DNA of 64,000 bases from positions 10,462-74,461 of the forward strand of contig CACDVW010000002.1 in the NCBI GenBank assembly GCA_902556355.1, in the 5' to 3' direction. The DNA is from an uncultured SAR86 cluster bacterium (GTDB taxonomy: Bacteria > Pseudomonadota > Gammaproteobacteria > Magnimaribacterales > D2472). Of this stretch, positions 11,209-21,595 are shown one piece after another. Every line of letters starts with the position of its first letter. The first letter of the stretch is position 1. A program made the position numbers and the translations under genes. The notes beneath the pieces are model-generated. The model saw only the letters and a list, made by a program, of their open reading frames with translations, was not told where the DNA came from and ran no database searches.

Positions 11209-12510
11209 TTACCTTTTATAATTTTTTAAATTAGCTTTTTTCATTAATGACGCATATTGCGATGACATCATATGAGACTGTACTTGTGCCATAAAGTCCA
11301 TTAAGACAACTACAATAATTAGAACGGATGTTCCGCCAACAGAAATAGTTGGTGATATTCCCGCAAAATTAATCAATGCCAAAGGAAGTAAACATATTAA
11401 TGTTAAATAAATTGCCCCAAAAACAGTCAATCTTGCCAGAACAGAATCTATATAGTTTGCAGTCTGTTCACCAGGTCTAATTCCTGCTATGTAAGCACCT
11501 GAACGTTTTAAGTTATCTGAGACCTCTCTGGTATTAAATGTTAGGGCAAGCCATATAAAACAGAAACTTATAATTAATCCAGCAAAAACAAGAATATATA
11601 GTGGCTGTCCTGGGTTTAATGCTAATGAGAAACTCTGTAGAAATCCAAATGATTCACTTTGTCCAAACCATGTTGATAAAGAAGCTGGAAATAACAAAAA
11701 GGTACTTGCAAAAATTGCAGGAATAACTCCTGCCATGTTTACTTTAAAAGGCAGATGACTGGTCTGCGCTTGCATAAGCTTTCTACCCTGTTGTCTTTGA
11801 GCATAATTTACAGTTATTCTTCTCTGTCCTCTTTCAATAAATACAACAACCGCAATAACAGCCATTGATAAAAGGCCTATAGCTATTAGAAGTAGCACAC
11901 TAAGATCGCCTTGTCTTGATTGCTCAAGCGCCTGTCCTATTGCCCCAGGTATGGTTGTTAAAATACTTGTTGCAATAATTATAGAGATACCATTACCTAT
12001 ACCTCTTTCAGATACTTGCTCTCCAAGCCACATTAAAAACATAGTTCCTGCTACAACAGAAAATACTGCTGAGACAAAAAATGATGGGCCTGGTGTATAT
12101 GCCAAACCACTAGCTGAAAGGGTTACGGCTAATGCTGAAGCTTGTATAAATGCTAATACTGCTGTTCCATATCTTGTGTACTGAGTTATGGTATTTCTTC
12201 CAGCCTGACCATCTTTTTTAAGTTCTTGTAAATAGGGAATAGAATTAGAAAATAACTGCATAATAATTGCAGAAGATATATATGGCACAACATTTAGTGC
12301 AAAAATACTCATTCTTTCTAAAGCACCACCAGAGAAAAGATTAAACATCTCGATGATTGTGCCTTGGTTTTGATCAAATAAAGCGGCTAATCTATCAGGA
12401 TCTATGCCAGGAATAGGTATATGAGTTCCAATTCTGTAGACTAGAATTGCAACAAATACAAAGCGAAGTCTTTTCCAAAGATCGCTCATTCCTTTGCCCT
12501 GATCACTCAT
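11209..12510 (-). CDS. secY: Preprotein translocase subunit SecY
   Basis: 433 aa, multi-pass membrane protein in the canonical position after rplO. Confidence 0.96.
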   Translation of the reverse strand: MSDQGKGMSDLWKRLRFVFVAILVYRIGTHIPIPGIDPDRLAALFDQNQGTIIEMFNLFSGGALERMSIFALNVVPYISSAIIMQLFSNSIPYLQELKKDGQAGRNTITQYTRYGTAVLAFIQASALAVTLSASGLAYTPGPSFFVSAVFSVVAGTMFLMWLGEQVSERGIGNGISIIIATSILTTIPGAIGQALEQSRQGDLSVLLLIAIGLLSMAVIAVVVFIERGQRRITVNYAQRQQGRKLMQAQTSHLPFKVNMAGVIPAIFASTFLLFPASLSTWFGQSESFGFLQSFSLALNPGQPLYILVFAGLIISFCFIWLALTFNTREVSDNLKRSGAYIAGIRPGEQTANYIDSVLARLTVFGAIYLTLICLLPLALINFAGISPTISVGGTSVLIIVVVLMDFMAQVQSHMMSSQYASLMKKANLKNYKR

Positions 12511-12984
12511 TTACTTTTCAGACTCCTTTTTTACATCATTTGAGTCGATATTCTTTTCAACTTCAACAACAGTGCCTCCAGCTTTTTCAATAGAAGCTTT
12601 AGCTCCCTTGGTAACCTTTATACCTTCAACTGTTAATTTTGATTCAAGATCGAAAATACCAAATATTTTCACCTTCTTTACAGAATTGGGGATTATTTTG
12701 CTTTCTTTAAGAGTTGCTAAACTAACAACACCCATGCCATTTAAATTTTTAATATTAACTTCTTTCAAATAATTATTTTTTCTTGATGAAAAACCAAATT
12801 TTGGTAATCTCATCTGTAAAGGCATTTGCCCGCCTTCAAAACCAAGTCTTACACCTCCACCAGATCTAGACTTTTGGCCTTTATGTCCTCTGCCTGCCGT
12901 CTTACCATTTCCAGAACCCATGCCACGTCCTACTCTTTTTCTATTTTGAGCAGTACCTTTGTTAGACAAAGTGTTTAAGGACAT
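12511..12984 (-). CDS. rplO: 50S ribosomal protein L15
   Basis: MSLNTLSNKG...GRGMGSGNGKTAGRGHKGQKSRSGGG is typical of L15. Start placed at an internal Met; an alternative Met at 13008 is possible. The ORF-track start at 13029 would overlap rpmD. Confidence 0.9.
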   Translation of the reverse strand: MSLNTLSNKGTAQNRKRVGRGMGSGNGKTAGRGHKGQKSRSGGGVRLGFEGGQMPLQMRLPKFGFSSRKNNYLKEVNIKNLNGMGVVSLATLKESKIIPNSVKKVKIFGIFDLESKLTVEGIKVTKGAKASIEKAGGTVVEVEKNIDSNDVKKESEK

Positions 12985-13009
12985 TGTATTTGCTTCACTT
13001 TCACTCATT

Positions 13010-13198
13010 TTAACTTTCCTGAATTTCAATCATGTCAGCTATCTTATTAACCAACCCACGATTACTTGGAGTATCTAAAACTGTTACGGTTTGGTTTAGT
13101 TTTTTAAAACCTAAGCCTTTAATACATAATTTATGCTTCTTCATTCGGCCTATTCCGCTCTTTACAAGTTTAATAGTCATTGTTTTTTCTTTACTCAT
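13010..13198 (-). CDS. rpmD: 50S ribosomal protein L30
   Basis: 62 aa, [24 protein letters not shown]; position between rpsE and rplO. Confidence 0.93.
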   Translation of the reverse strand: MSKEKTMTIKLVKSGIGRMKKHKLCIKGLGFKKLNQTVTVLDTPSNRGLVNKIADMIEIQES

Positions 13199-13704
13199 GA
13201 TGCTTGCTCTACTTTTTTGCCTCTTCTTGCAGAAACTGTATCAGGAGACTCCATTGCACTTAGTGCGTTAATGGTAGCTCTAACAACATTTACTGGATTA
13301 GTTGATCCATAACATTTAGCAAGAACATTTTGGACTCCAGCTAATTCTAAAACCGCTCTCATGGCTCCACCAGCGATGATTCCCGTTCCTTCAGAGGCTG
13401 GTTGCATATATACATTTGCAGAACCATGCTTTGCTTTAACTGGATACCACAAAGTTGTATTATTTAATTCAACTTCAACCATGCTTCTTCTAGCATTTTC
13501 CATAGCTTTTTGAATTGCAATTGGTACCTCTTTAGCCTTACCTCTTCCAAAACCAACTCTTCCGTTTCCATCACCAACAACTGTAAGAGCTGTAAAGCCA
13601 AAAATTCTTCCACCTTTAACAACTTTTGCTACTCTATTAACTTGAACTAACTTTTCTTCAAGAGCATCAACTTGTTGATTATTTGCTACATTGTTATCTT
13701 TCAT
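13195..13704 (-). CDS. rpsE: 30S ribosomal protein S5
   Basis: 169 aa; [39 protein letters not shown]. Confidence 0.97.
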   Translation of the reverse strand: MKDNNVANNQQVDALEEKLVQVNRVAKVVKGGRIFGFTALTVVGDGNGRVGFGRGKAKEVPIAIQKAMENARRSMVEVELNNTTLWYPVKAKHGSANVYMQPASEGTGIIAGGAMRAVLELAGVQNVLAKCYGSTNPVNVVRATINALSAMESPDTVSARRGKKVEQAS

Positions 13705-13711
13705 AATTTAA

Positions 13712-14059
13712 TTAAAACTCCAGTCCAGCTTGTCTAGCAGAATCAGCTAAGGCTTTTATTCGGCCATGATATTTATATCCAGATCTATCAAAAACAACTT
13801 TTTTAACTCCATTTTCAATTGCTCTTTCAGCAACCTTCTTACCAACAGCTTCAGCACCAGCAACGTTATTTGCTTGCTTACCCATATCTTTTTCAGCTGT
13901 TGATGCAGATGCAATAACAGTTGTACCTAGGCTATCAAAGACTTGTGCATAGAAATGCTTAGATGATCTGTAAACACTTAATCTTGGAGTCTCTTGACTC
14001 TTAATGTTCATTCGAGTTTTTTTAGCTCGTCTTAATCTAGATGTATTTTTAATACTCAT
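13712..14059 (-). CDS. rplR: 50S ribosomal protein L18
   Basis: 115 aa; C-terminal FDRSGYKYHGRIKALADSARQAGLEF. Confidence 0.96.
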   Translation of the reverse strand: MSIKNTSRLRRAKKTRMNIKSQETPRLSVYRSSKHFYAQVFDSLGTTVIASASTAEKDMGKQANNVAGAEAVGKKVAERAIENGVKKVVFDRSGYKYHGRIKALADSARQAGLEF

Positions 14060-14062
14060 TTT

Positions 14063-14605
14063 TTATGCTCCAGCAGCCTTTTTAGCTTCTTTTCTTCTTA
14101 CATTTTCATCAGAGTATCTAACTCCCTTACCTTTATATGGCTCAGGTGGTCTAAAGGCTCTAATTTCAGCAGCAGCTTGACCTAGTATTTGTTTGTTATG
14201 GCTCTTTAAAACAACTTCTGTTTGAGACGGTGTTTCAACTTGTACTTCATCAGGAAGTTGATATTTAACAGGATGCGAAAAGCCAAGAGTCAGCTCAAGT
14301 AATTTTCCAGATGCCTTTGCTCTGTAGCCAACTCCTTTTAATTCAAGTTTCTTTTCAAAACCTTGAGATACACCAATAATCATATTATTAACCAGTGCTC
14401 TGGTGGTTCCTGCTAGTGCTACTGACTGTTGATTGCTTTCATCATATTTAACAGTTATTACATTATCTGCTATATCTAATGAAACGGTTTCAGGTAGATC
14501 AAATTTTAATTCGCCGACCTTCCCTTTAACATCTAAACAACCATCATTAAAATTAACGGTAACACCATCTGTAATTTCAATTGGGTTTTTTGCTACTCTA
14601 GACAT
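14063..14605 (-). CDS. rplF: 50S ribosomal protein L6
   Basis: 180 aa starting MSRVAKNPIEI..., with PEPYKGKGVRY. Confidence 0.96.
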   Translation of the reverse strand: MSRVAKNPIEITDGVTVNFNDGCLDVKGKVGELKFDLPETVSLDIADNVITVKYDESNQQSVALAGTTRALVNNMIIGVSQGFEKKLELKGVGYRAKASGKLLELTLGFSHPVKYQLPDEVQVETPSQTEVVLKSHNKQILGQAAAEIRAFRPPEPYKGKGVRYSDENVRRKEAKKAAGA

Positions 14606-14607
14606 TA

Positions 14608-15003
14608 TTAAAATACCTCACAAAGAATTTCACCACCAACGTTCTTGGACTTAGCATCTGCATCAGTCATAAGACCTTGGTTGGTTGAAACAATATATGA
14701 GCCTAAACCATTTTTTACAGATTTAAGTTCACTAGAAGCAGAATACTTGCGTAAACTTGGCTTGCTTATTCTTTTTAAAGTTTTAATGACTGGAGAGGAG
14801 TTATGATATTTAAGAACTACTTTTAAAGATGGTTTACCATCAATCTCATCTTTGCTACAGCTTTTAATATATCCTTCTGTAACTAAAACATTAACAAGTT
14901 CATGCTTTAATTTTGAATATGGAACATCCACATCAACCTTACCTCGCATTAAACCATTACGAATTCTTGTTAAACAATCTGCTATAGGATCTTGAAAACT
15001 CAT
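14608..15003 (-). CDS. rpsH: 30S ribosomal protein S8
   Basis: 131 aa starting MSFQDPIADCLTRIRNG. Confidence 0.96.
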   Translation of the reverse strand: MSFQDPIADCLTRIRNGLMRGKVDVDVPYSKLKHELVNVLVTEGYIKSCSKDEIDGKPSLKVVLKYHNSSPVIKTLKRISKPSLRKYSASSELKSVKNGLGSYIVSTNQGLMTDADAKSKNVGGEILCEVF

Positions 15004-15007
15004 ATTA

Positions 15008-15313
15008 TTACCAACTTGATTTAACTAAACCTGGAATATCGCCTCTCATTGCAGCTTCTCTTAACTTGATTCTGCTTAAACCAAATTTTCTATAAACAGC
15101 ATGAGGCCTACCAGTGACCTGACATCTTCTTACAACTCTTGATGGACTAGAATTTCTTGGAAGTTTTTGAAACTTTATAGAAGCTTCATATCTTTCTTCG
15201 CTACTAGCATTTTGATCATTCATAATTGCCTTTAACGCAGCCCTTTTTTCAGCATACTTTGCAACCATTTTTATTCTCTTGTGCTCTCTAGCTATCATTG
15301 ATTTCTTTGCCAT
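15008..15313 (-). CDS. rpsN: 30S ribosomal protein S14 (long, non-zinc form)
   Basis: 101 aa starting [13 protein letters not shown] and ending GLVKSSW. Confidence 0.96.
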   Translation of the reverse strand: MAKKSMIAREHKRIKMVAKYAEKRAALKAIMNDQNASSEERYEASIKFQKLPRNSSPSRVVRRCQVTGRPHAVYRKFGLSRIKLREAAMRGDIPGLVKSSW

Positions 15314-15323
15314 ACTTTTTTAC

Positions 15324-15863
15324 CTACTTTTTAAATGGAAACTCTAAAACTTCTAATAAAGCTTTAGCGCCCTCTTTATCTGATGCAGAGGTGTTAATAC
15401 ATACGTCCATACCTCTAATAGTATCTACATTATCAAACTTAATTTCTGGGAAAATTATTTGTTCTTTAATTCCAAAATTATAGTTACCCTGTCCATCAAA
15501 AGATTTAGGATTCATGCCTCTAAAATCTCTTTCTCTGGGAATTGCAATATTTATTAACCTTTCCATAAATTCATACATTTTGTCGCCACGTAATGTAACT
15601 TTACACCCAAGAGGCCAACCTTCTCTTATCTTAAAGCTAGCTACTGATTTCCTAGCCTTTGTGATGACTGGTTTTTGACCAGCTATAGCTGTTAAGTTTT
15701 GAACAGCTGATTCTAGATGCTTCTTATCATTAGCAGCCTCACCAACGCCCATGTTGATCACAACTTTTGTTAACTTTGGAACAGCCATAACATTCTTAAT
15801 TCCTAACTTCTCTTGAAGTACAGCCTTAAGCTCAGTATTGTATTTTTCTCTTAAATTTGACAT
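15324..15863 (-). CDS. rplE: 50S ribosomal protein L5
   Basis: 179 aa; [16 protein letters not shown] and [28 protein letters not shown]. Confidence 0.97.
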   Translation of the reverse strand: MSNLREKYNTELKAVLQEKLGIKNVMAVPKLTKVVINMGVGEAANDKKHLESAVQNLTAIAGQKPVITKARKSVASFKIREGWPLGCKVTLRGDKMYEFMERLINIAIPRERDFRGMNPKSFDGQGNYNFGIKEQIIFPEIKFDNVDTIRGMDVCINTSASDKEGAKALLEVLEFPFKK

Positions 15864-16190
15864 TTACTTTATCTCTTTACTATCAGACTTAAATAATCTT
15901 ATTTTCTTTCCATCTTTGTTAGTTGAGTAAGAAATCTTATCTTTTGATTTTTTACTAGGATTCCATATAGCTAAGTTAGAAAGTGCAATAGCAGCCTCTT
16001 GTTCAACTACACCGCCTGTAACACCCATTTCAGGATTAGGTTTGGTATGTTTTTTAACCATATTAATTCCAGTTACAATCCCCTTATTCTTAGACTTTAT
16101 AATTTTTCTTAAAGTACCTTTTTTTCCAAGGTCTTTGCCAGCAACAACAATAACCTCATCGCCAGTTCTCAATTTAGTTGGAGTAATCAT
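15864..16190 (-). CDS. rplX: 50S ribosomal protein L24
   Basis: 108 aa, KOW motif GDEVIVVAGKDLGKKG. Confidence 0.95.
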   Translation of the reverse strand: MITPTKLRTGDEVIVVAGKDLGKKGTLRKIIKSKNKGIVTGINMVKKHTKPNPEMGVTGGVVEQEAAIALSNLAIWNPSKKSKDKISYSTNKDGKKIRLFKSDSKEIK

Positions 16191-16192
16191 TT

Positions 16193-16561
16193 TTAGAGAA
16201 CCTCCGGTGCTAACGATAATATTTTCATGTGTTTTCCATCTCTAAGCTCTCTAGTTACTGGTCCAAATACACGAGTTCCTATAGGAGCTTTTTGATTATT
16301 AATTAGCACAGCTGCATTTTCATCAAATTTAATTAAAGAACCGTCTCTTCGTCTTACACCTTTTTTTGTTCTTACAATTAATGCATCTACTACTTGTCCT
16401 TTTTTAACTTTTCCAGTTGGTATAGCCTCTCTGACAGCAACTTTAATAATATCGCCAATATTTGCATATCTTCTCTTTGATCCACCCAGGACCTTAATAC
16501 ACATAACACTTCTTGCTCCGCTGTTATCAGCAATTTTTAAAAGCGATTGCATCTGAATCAT
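16193..16561 (-). CDS. rplN: 50S ribosomal protein L14
   Basis: 122 aa starting [17 protein letters not shown]. Confidence 0.97.
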   Translation of the reverse strand: MIQMQSLLKIADNSGARSVMCIKVLGGSKRRYANIGDIIKVAVREAIPTGKVKKGQVVDALIVRTKKGVRRRDGSLIKFDENAAVLINNQKAPIGTRVFGPVTRELRDGKHMKILSLAPEVL

Positions 16562-16839
16562 TACTCACTCTCCTCAGATTTTGTTTCTTCAATTGACGGA
16601 TTGTTTTCTACAAGCACCCAAGTCTTGCTTTTTGAAATTGGTCTACACTCTTTTACAGTTACAACATCGCCTATTGATGCAGAATTGTTTTCATCGTGAG
16701 CATGAACTTTTGTAGCCCTTTTCATAACTTTCCCATAAAGAGGATGCTTAACTTTTCTTTCAATTCTTACGGTTATTGTTTTGTCAGCTTTATCGCTTGT
16801 AACAACACCTGATAGAAATCTTGGATTAGTTGTATTCAT
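16561..16839 (-). CDS. rpsQ: 30S ribosomal protein S17
   Basis: 92 aa, [18 protein letters not shown]; acidic C-terminal extension. Confidence 0.95.
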   Translation of the reverse strand: MNTTNPRFLSGVVTSDKADKTITVRIERKVKHPLYGKVMKRATKVHAHDENNSASIGDVVTVKECRPISKSKTWVLVENNPSIEETKSEESE

Positions 16840-17045
16840 TATTTACTATCCTGTATTTTTAATTCATTCATTAAAGTTTTAATCCTAGCAATTTTTTTTC
16901 TAGCAGCATTCAACTGATTAGTTTCATTCAACTGACCTGTTATGTGCTTTATTCTGAGATTGAATTGCTCTTGCCTTGTAGCAATAAGTTCAGAATTAAG
17001 TTGCTCTAAATTTTTCTTTCTAAGCTCTACTAAATCTTTATTCAT
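16839..17045 (-). CDS. rpmC: 50S ribosomal protein L29
   Basis: 68 aa, position and helical sequence [14 protein letters not shown]. Confidence 0.93.
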   Translation of the reverse strand: MNKDLVELRKKNLEQLNSELIATRQEQFNLRIKHITGQLNETNQLNAARKKIARIKTLMNELKIQDSK

Positions 17046-17456
17046 TTAGACATCCTTACTTATAAAATGTGTTTTTATAGGAAGTTTTGCAGATGCTAAT
17101 TTAAAAGCTTCTCTTGCTAATTCTTCTTCAACACCAGCCATTTCAAACATAACCTTTCCAGGCTGAACAAGCGCAACCCAATATTCAACATTACCCTTAC
17201 CTTTACCCATGCGGACTTCTAGAGGTTTTTTTGTTATTGGTTTGTCAGGAAATATTCTTATCCAGATATTTCCACCTCTTTTAATATGTCTTGTCATAGC
17301 TCTTCTTGCAGCTTCAATCTGACGAGCAGTTATTCTTCCTCTGTCCGAGGCAACAAGACCAAATCTTCCAAATGCCACAGTATTACCATTTTGAGCAAGG
17401 CCTCTGTTACGACCTTTGTGCATTTTTCTAAATTTTGTTTGCTTTGGTTGTAACAT
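17046..17456 (-). CDS. rplP: 50S ribosomal protein L16
   Basis: 136 aa starting [19 protein letters not shown]. Confidence 0.97.
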   Translation of the reverse strand: MLQPKQTKFRKMHKGRNRGLAQNGNTVAFGRFGLVASDRGRITARQIEAARRAMTRHIKRGGNIWIRIFPDKPITKKPLEVRMGKGKGNVEYWVALVQPGKVMFEMAGVEEELAREAFKLASAKLPIKTHFISKDV

Positions 17457-17458
17457 TT

Positions 17459-18118
17459 TTAATTAACTCCAACTTCTGTTTTAAATGGATCTTCAGTAAT
17501 TTCACCTTTAAATACCCAAACTTTCACACCAATAATTCCGTATGTAGTTAGTGCTTCTGCAGTAGCATAGTCAATATCAGCTCTTAACGTATGCAAAGGA
17601 ACTCGTCCTTCCCTATACCATTCAGTTCTTGCAATCTCAGCACCATTTAATCTTCCAGAAACTTCAATTCTTACACCTTTAGCACTTTGTCTTAGAGCGC
17701 TTTGTACTGTTCTTTTCATAGCTCTTCTGAACATAACTCTTTTTTCTAATTGTTGAGCCACTCCCTCAGCTAAGATTTGAGCATCTAAATCTGGTTTTTT
17801 AACTTCTTTAATATTGATTTGAGCAGTTCTTTGAACGATTTTTTCTACTGCTTTTTTAAGATTATCTATTTCTTCGCCACGTTTACCAATAATAATTCCA
17901 GGTCTTGATGTGTAAATAGACACTACAAAATTTTCTGCAGATCTCTCAAGCTCAATTCTGCTAATTGAAGAATTTTTAAGTTTTTTCTTGAAGTATTCTC
18001 TAACTTTTAAATCTTGAATTAAATTTGTAGAAAAGTCTTTGCCTTTGGCATACCAATTAGCGTTTTGCTTTTTAGATGTTCCTAATCTAAAACCTGTTGG
18101 ATTTACTTTTTGTCCCAT
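17459..18118 (-). CDS. rpsC: 30S ribosomal protein S3
   Basis: 219 aa starting [13 protein letters not shown]. Confidence 0.97.
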   Translation of the reverse strand: MGQKVNPTGFRLGTSKKQNANWYAKGKDFSTNLIQDLKVREYFKKKLKNSSISRIELERSAENFVVSIYTSRPGIIIGKRGEEIDNLKKAVEKIVQRTAQINIKEVKKPDLDAQILAEGVAQQLEKRVMFRRAMKRTVQSALRQSAKGVRIEVSGRLNGAEIARTEWYREGRVPLHTLRADIDYATAEALTTYGIIGVKVWVFKGEITEDPFKTEVGVN

Positions 18119-18456
18119 TACTTACTTCCCTCAGCTAATATGATTTCTATATGGCATGTAGGCTTAATAATTCTATCGGCTCTACCTCTAGCTCTTGGTT
18201 TCATTCTTTTTAATCTCATTCCTTGATTAACAATTATTGATTTAACTGATAATAAATCTACGTCTGCCTTATTATTATGCTCAGCATTTGCGATTGCAGA
18301 TTCCAGCAACTTTTTGATGACTGCAGATCCTTTTTGCTTATTAAAACTTAGGAAGTCCATAGCATCTTGAACAGACTTTCCTCTTATAGCATTGGCAACT
18401 AGACCAGCTTTTTGTGGTGATAATCTAGTACCTTTTAAATAAGCTCTTGTTTCCAT
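18118..18456 (-). CDS. rplV: 50S ribosomal protein L22
   Basis: 112 aa, [19 protein letters not shown]. Confidence 0.96.
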   Translation of the reverse strand: METRAYLKGTRLSPQKAGLVANAIRGKSVQDAMDFLSFNKQKGSAVIKKLLESAIANAEHNNKADVDLLSVKSIIVNQGMRLKRMKPRARGRADRIIKPTCHIEIILAEGSK

Positions 18457-18728
18457 TATTTAGCCTTCCTATCGCCAGAGTGCATTTTAAAAGTTCTTGT
18501 CATAGCAAATTCACCCAGTTTATGACCAACCATATCCTCATTGATATAAACAGGTACATGTTGTCTACCGTTGTGAACTGCAATAGTTAGACCCACCATA
18601 GACGGGTTAATCATTGATCTTCTGGACCATGTTTTTATAGGTCTTTTATCATTAGACGCCAAAGCAGCCTCTACTTTTTTTTCAAGAGATAAGTCTATGA
18701 ATGGTCCTTTTTTTAATGATCTTGGCAT
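18456..18728 (-). CDS. rpsS: 30S ribosomal protein S19
   Basis: 90 aa starting [12 protein letters not shown]. Confidence 0.97.
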   Translation of the reverse strand: MPRSLKKGPFIDLSLEKKVEAALASNDKRPIKTWSRRSMINPSMVGLTIAVHNGRQHVPVYINEDMVGHKLGEFAMTRTFKMHSGDRKAK

Positions 18729-18733
18729 ATTAT

Positions 18734-19561
18734 TTACTTCCTACTTCCTCTTCTTCTAATAATTAGGTCATCAGTTCTTTGATTTTTTCTTGTCTTGTAA
18801 CCTTTTGTCGGAACACCCCATGGAGTAGATGGATGTCTTCCTCCTGACGTTCTTCCTTCACCACCACCGTGTGGATGGTCAACTGGGTTCATAGCAACAC
18901 CTCTTACAGTAGGTCTAACACCTCTCCATCTTTTAGCGCCGGCTTTACCTAATGACTTAAGATTATTTTCTTGATTTGATACAGTCCCTAAAGTTGCTCT
19001 GCATTCCCATAAAACTTTTCTAGTTTCGCCAGACTGAAGTCTTAATGTTGCATATATCCCTTCTTTAGCTACCAATCTTGCAGAAGTTCCAGCACTTCTT
19101 GCAAGTTGTGCACCCTTTAAGGGTTTTAGCTCAACACAATGAACGTTAGTACCTAATGGAATATCTTTTAGCTTCATTGAATTGCCAACTTTAATTTCAC
19201 AATTGTCAGCTGATATAACTTCATCACCAACTTTTAATTTAGAAGGGGCGATAATATATCTTCTTTCACCATCTTTATATAATAGAAGTGCTATATGAGC
19301 TGATCTATTAGGGTCGTATTCAATTCTCTCTACAACTGCAGGGATATCAAACTTATTACGCTTAAAGTCAATGACTCTATAATGCTGTTTGTGGCCTCCG
19401 CCTTGATGTCTAACCGTTATTCTTCCGTTATTATTTCTTCCACCATTCTTTGATTTGACACGAGTGAGTGATTTTAAGGGCTTGCCTTTGTATAAGTCAG
19501 CCTTTACTGCTATTACACCCCGTCTTCCAGGACTAGTAGGTTTTGCTTTTATGACTGCCAT
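18734..19561 (-). CDS. rplB: 50S ribosomal protein L2
   Basis: 275 aa, [17 protein letters not shown]. Confidence 0.97.
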   Translation of the reverse strand: MAVIKAKPTSPGRRGVIAVKADLYKGKPLKSLTRVKSKNGGRNNNGRITVRHQGGGHKQHYRVIDFKRNKFDIPAVVERIEYDPNRSAHIALLLYKDGERRYIIAPSKLKVGDEVISADNCEIKVGNSMKLKDIPLGTNVHCVELKPLKGAQLARSAGTSARLVAKEGIYATLRLQSGETRKVLWECRATLGTVSNQENNLKSLGKAGAKRWRGVRPTVRGVAMNPVDHPHGGGEGRTSGGRHPSTPWGVPTKGYKTRKNQRTDDLIIRRRGSRK

Positions 19562-19563
19562 GA

Positions 19564-19860
19564 TTAATTAATTCCCTCAAACTGTATTTCAGAATCTTTA
19601 CTTATTGAAACAAACGCTTTTTTATAATCTGATCTTTTATACATACCAAATCTGTTGCGCTTCCTTTTACCTTTAACAACAGAAGTAGTAACTTTTAAAA
19701 CTTCAACTTTGAATAGTTCTTCAACAGCCTTCTTTATCTCTCTTTTATTTGAATCAAGATCAACTTTAAAGACTATCTGCTTTAAAGACTCGCCAATTCT
19801 TGCTGATTTTTCAGTAACAATAGGAGATTTAATTAATGTGTATAGTTTTTCGTTATGCAT
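19564..19860 (-). CDS. rplW: 50S ribosomal protein L23
   Basis: 98 aa, position between rplD and rplB, PIVTEKS motif. Confidence 0.94.
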   Translation of the reverse strand: MHNEKLYTLIKSPIVTEKSARIGESLKQIVFKVDLDSNKREIKKAVEELFKVEVLKVTTSVVKGKRKRNRFGMYKRSDYKKAFVSISKDSEIQFEGIN

Positions 19861-20467
19861 CTATCCACTCCTCAATTTTCTGAAAGGCATCAGCAGTGAC
19901 AGCAACCTTTTGAGCTTTTAATAGATTTACAGGATTAATTTCTCTTACTGTAATAATGTCAACATTTGGAATATTTCTAGCTGACAGATATAAATTAACA
20001 TCTAACTCATCAGTAATTATTAAAACCTTGCTTAAAGAAAACTCTTTTAAAAAATTAGCTATCTCTTTTGTTTTAGGTTTTTCTAAGACAGGTTTTTCTA
20101 TTGCAACCAGTCTTCCTTGTCTAAGAAGTTCAGAAAATATAGATCTTATAGCAGCTCTATACATCTTCTTATTAATTTTCTTACTGTAATCTCTTGGTGT
20201 AGCTGCAAATGCTATACCACCACCTCTCCATAGAGGACTTCTAATAGTACCTGCACGAGCTCTACCAGTTCCTTTTTGTCTGTATGGTTTTTTACCTCCG
20301 CCGCGAACTTCAGATCTTGTCTTTTGTTTTGAAGAACCCTGTCTTGACCCAGCAAGAAAGCTTACAACAGCTTGATGAACTAGTGCTTCATTAAAATCTT
20401 TGCTAAAAGCGTTTTCAGATATATTTATATCTTGATTTTTTGTTGATGAGAGTAATTCTATTTTCAT
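19853..20467 (-). CDS. rplD: 50S ribosomal protein L4
   Basis: 204 aa, [25 protein letters not shown]. Confidence 0.96.
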   Translation of the reverse strand: MKIELLSSTKNQDINISENAFSKDFNEALVHQAVVSFLAGSRQGSSKQKTRSEVRGGGKKPYRQKGTGRARAGTIRSPLWRGGGIAFAATPRDYSKKINKKMYRAAIRSIFSELLRQGRLVAIEKPVLEKPKTKEIANFLKEFSLSKVLIITDELDVNLYLSARNIPNVDIITVREINPVNLLKAQKVAVTADAFQKIEEWIDA

Positions 20468-21099
20468 GATTTTTTCAGCGCTGGTTTGATTTTTAAATCA
20501 GATCCATTAAAACCTGGAACTGCACCTTTGATATAAATGACATTATTTTCTACATCTAAATCAACTATTTTTAAACTTTGAACAGTCTTCTGCACATTAC
20601 CCATGTGACCAGACATTTTCTTTCCTTTCCAAACTCTTCCTGGAGTTTGACATTGACCAATTGAGCCATGTGCTCTATGTGATAATGAATTACCATGTGT
20701 TGCATCTTGCATTGAGAAATTATGTCGTTTAATTACGCCTGCATAACCCTTACCTTTAGATGTTCCAGTAACATCAACATACTGTCCTACTTCAAAAATA
20801 TCAGCTGTTAAATGTTTGCCTACTTCATATTCTTCTGATATCTCCTCAGATGATCTAAACTCAGCAAGTATTCCTGGCTCTAAGTTAATTTTTTTATAAA
20901 ACTCACTTTTAGCTTTATTGATGTTATTTGATTTAGTGGTTTTTGATACAACAAATGCATTGTAACCATCTCTTTCAGAAGTCTTTATATCAGCAATGAA
21001 ATTACCGCAAACAGAAACTGCAGTAACTGGTACTGATTCACCGTCTTCAAGAAAAAGACGAGACATTCCAGATTTTTTTCCTATTAAGCCTATGCTCAA
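20464..21099 (-). CDS. rplC: 50S ribosomal protein L3
   Basis: 211 aa starting [16 protein letters not shown]. Confidence 0.96.
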   Translation of the reverse strand: MSIGLIGKKSGMSRLFLEDGESVPVTAVSVCGNFIADIKTSERDGYNAFVVSKTTKSNNINKAKSEFYKKINLEPGILAEFRSSEEISEEYEVGKHLTADIFEVGQYVDVTGTSKGKGYAGVIKRHNFSMQDATHGNSLSHRAHGSIGQCQTPGRVWKGKKMSGHMGNVQKTVQSLKIVDLDVENNVIYIKGAVPGFNGSDLKIKPALKKS

Positions 21100-21159
21100 T
21101 TTATTCTCCTTTTACGGGGCTAATCACCCTCTATGGCCGCTATTGCGTTAAAATTTGGA

Positions 21160-21471
21160 CTAGCCTAAGCTTATCTGAACATCTACCCCTGAGGATAGAT
21201 CTAACTTCATCAAAGCATCAACTGTTTTATCAGTTGGCTTGACTATATCCATTAGTCTCTTATATGTAACAATCTCATATTGGTCTCTTGCATCTTTATC
21301 TTTATGCGGAGATTTCAATATAGTTGTTCTCTCTTTTTTAACAGGTAAAGGAATAGGTCCATTAATTACTGCGCCTGTCTTTTTAACAGTCTCTACAATT
21401 AATTTAGCTGAAGCATCTATCAGTCTATAATCAAAAGCCTTAAGCCTAATTCTGATTGATTGATTCTCCAT
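21160..21471 (-). CDS. rpsJ: 30S ribosomal protein S10
   Basis: 103 aa, [14 protein letters not shown]. Confidence 0.97.
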   Translation of the reverse strand: MENQSIRIRLKAFDYRLIDASAKLIVETVKKTGAVINGPIPLPVKKERTTILKSPHKDKDARDQYEIVTYKRLMDIVKPTDKTVDALMKLDLSSGVDVQISLG

Positions 21472-21536
21472 TTCTTACCTTAATTATCCTATTATTTCAT
21501 TTAAAAATTTATTTCGCTAAACGCAAAATGTGGCGT

Positions 21537-21566
21537 ATTCTAAGCCCCTTATGGCTATACTGTCAA
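21537..21566 (-). promoter_or_regulatory. Putative sigma70 promoter of the S10 operon
   Basis: Minus strand reads TTGACA (21561-21566), an 18-nt spacer, TAGAAT (21537-21542), then the GC-rich discriminator ACGCCAC. It sits in the 124-nt fusA-rpsJ gap. Confidence 0.55.
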
Positions 21567-21595
21567 CAATATTAGAAAGTTTATTAGCCCCTTAA

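Noticed and set aside
21472-21595. Possible deletion scar of a second tuf gene between fusA and rpsJ
   Set aside because: The 124-nt gap has no tuf remnant and contains a good promoter. A single tuf copy is common, so I do not treat it as unusual.
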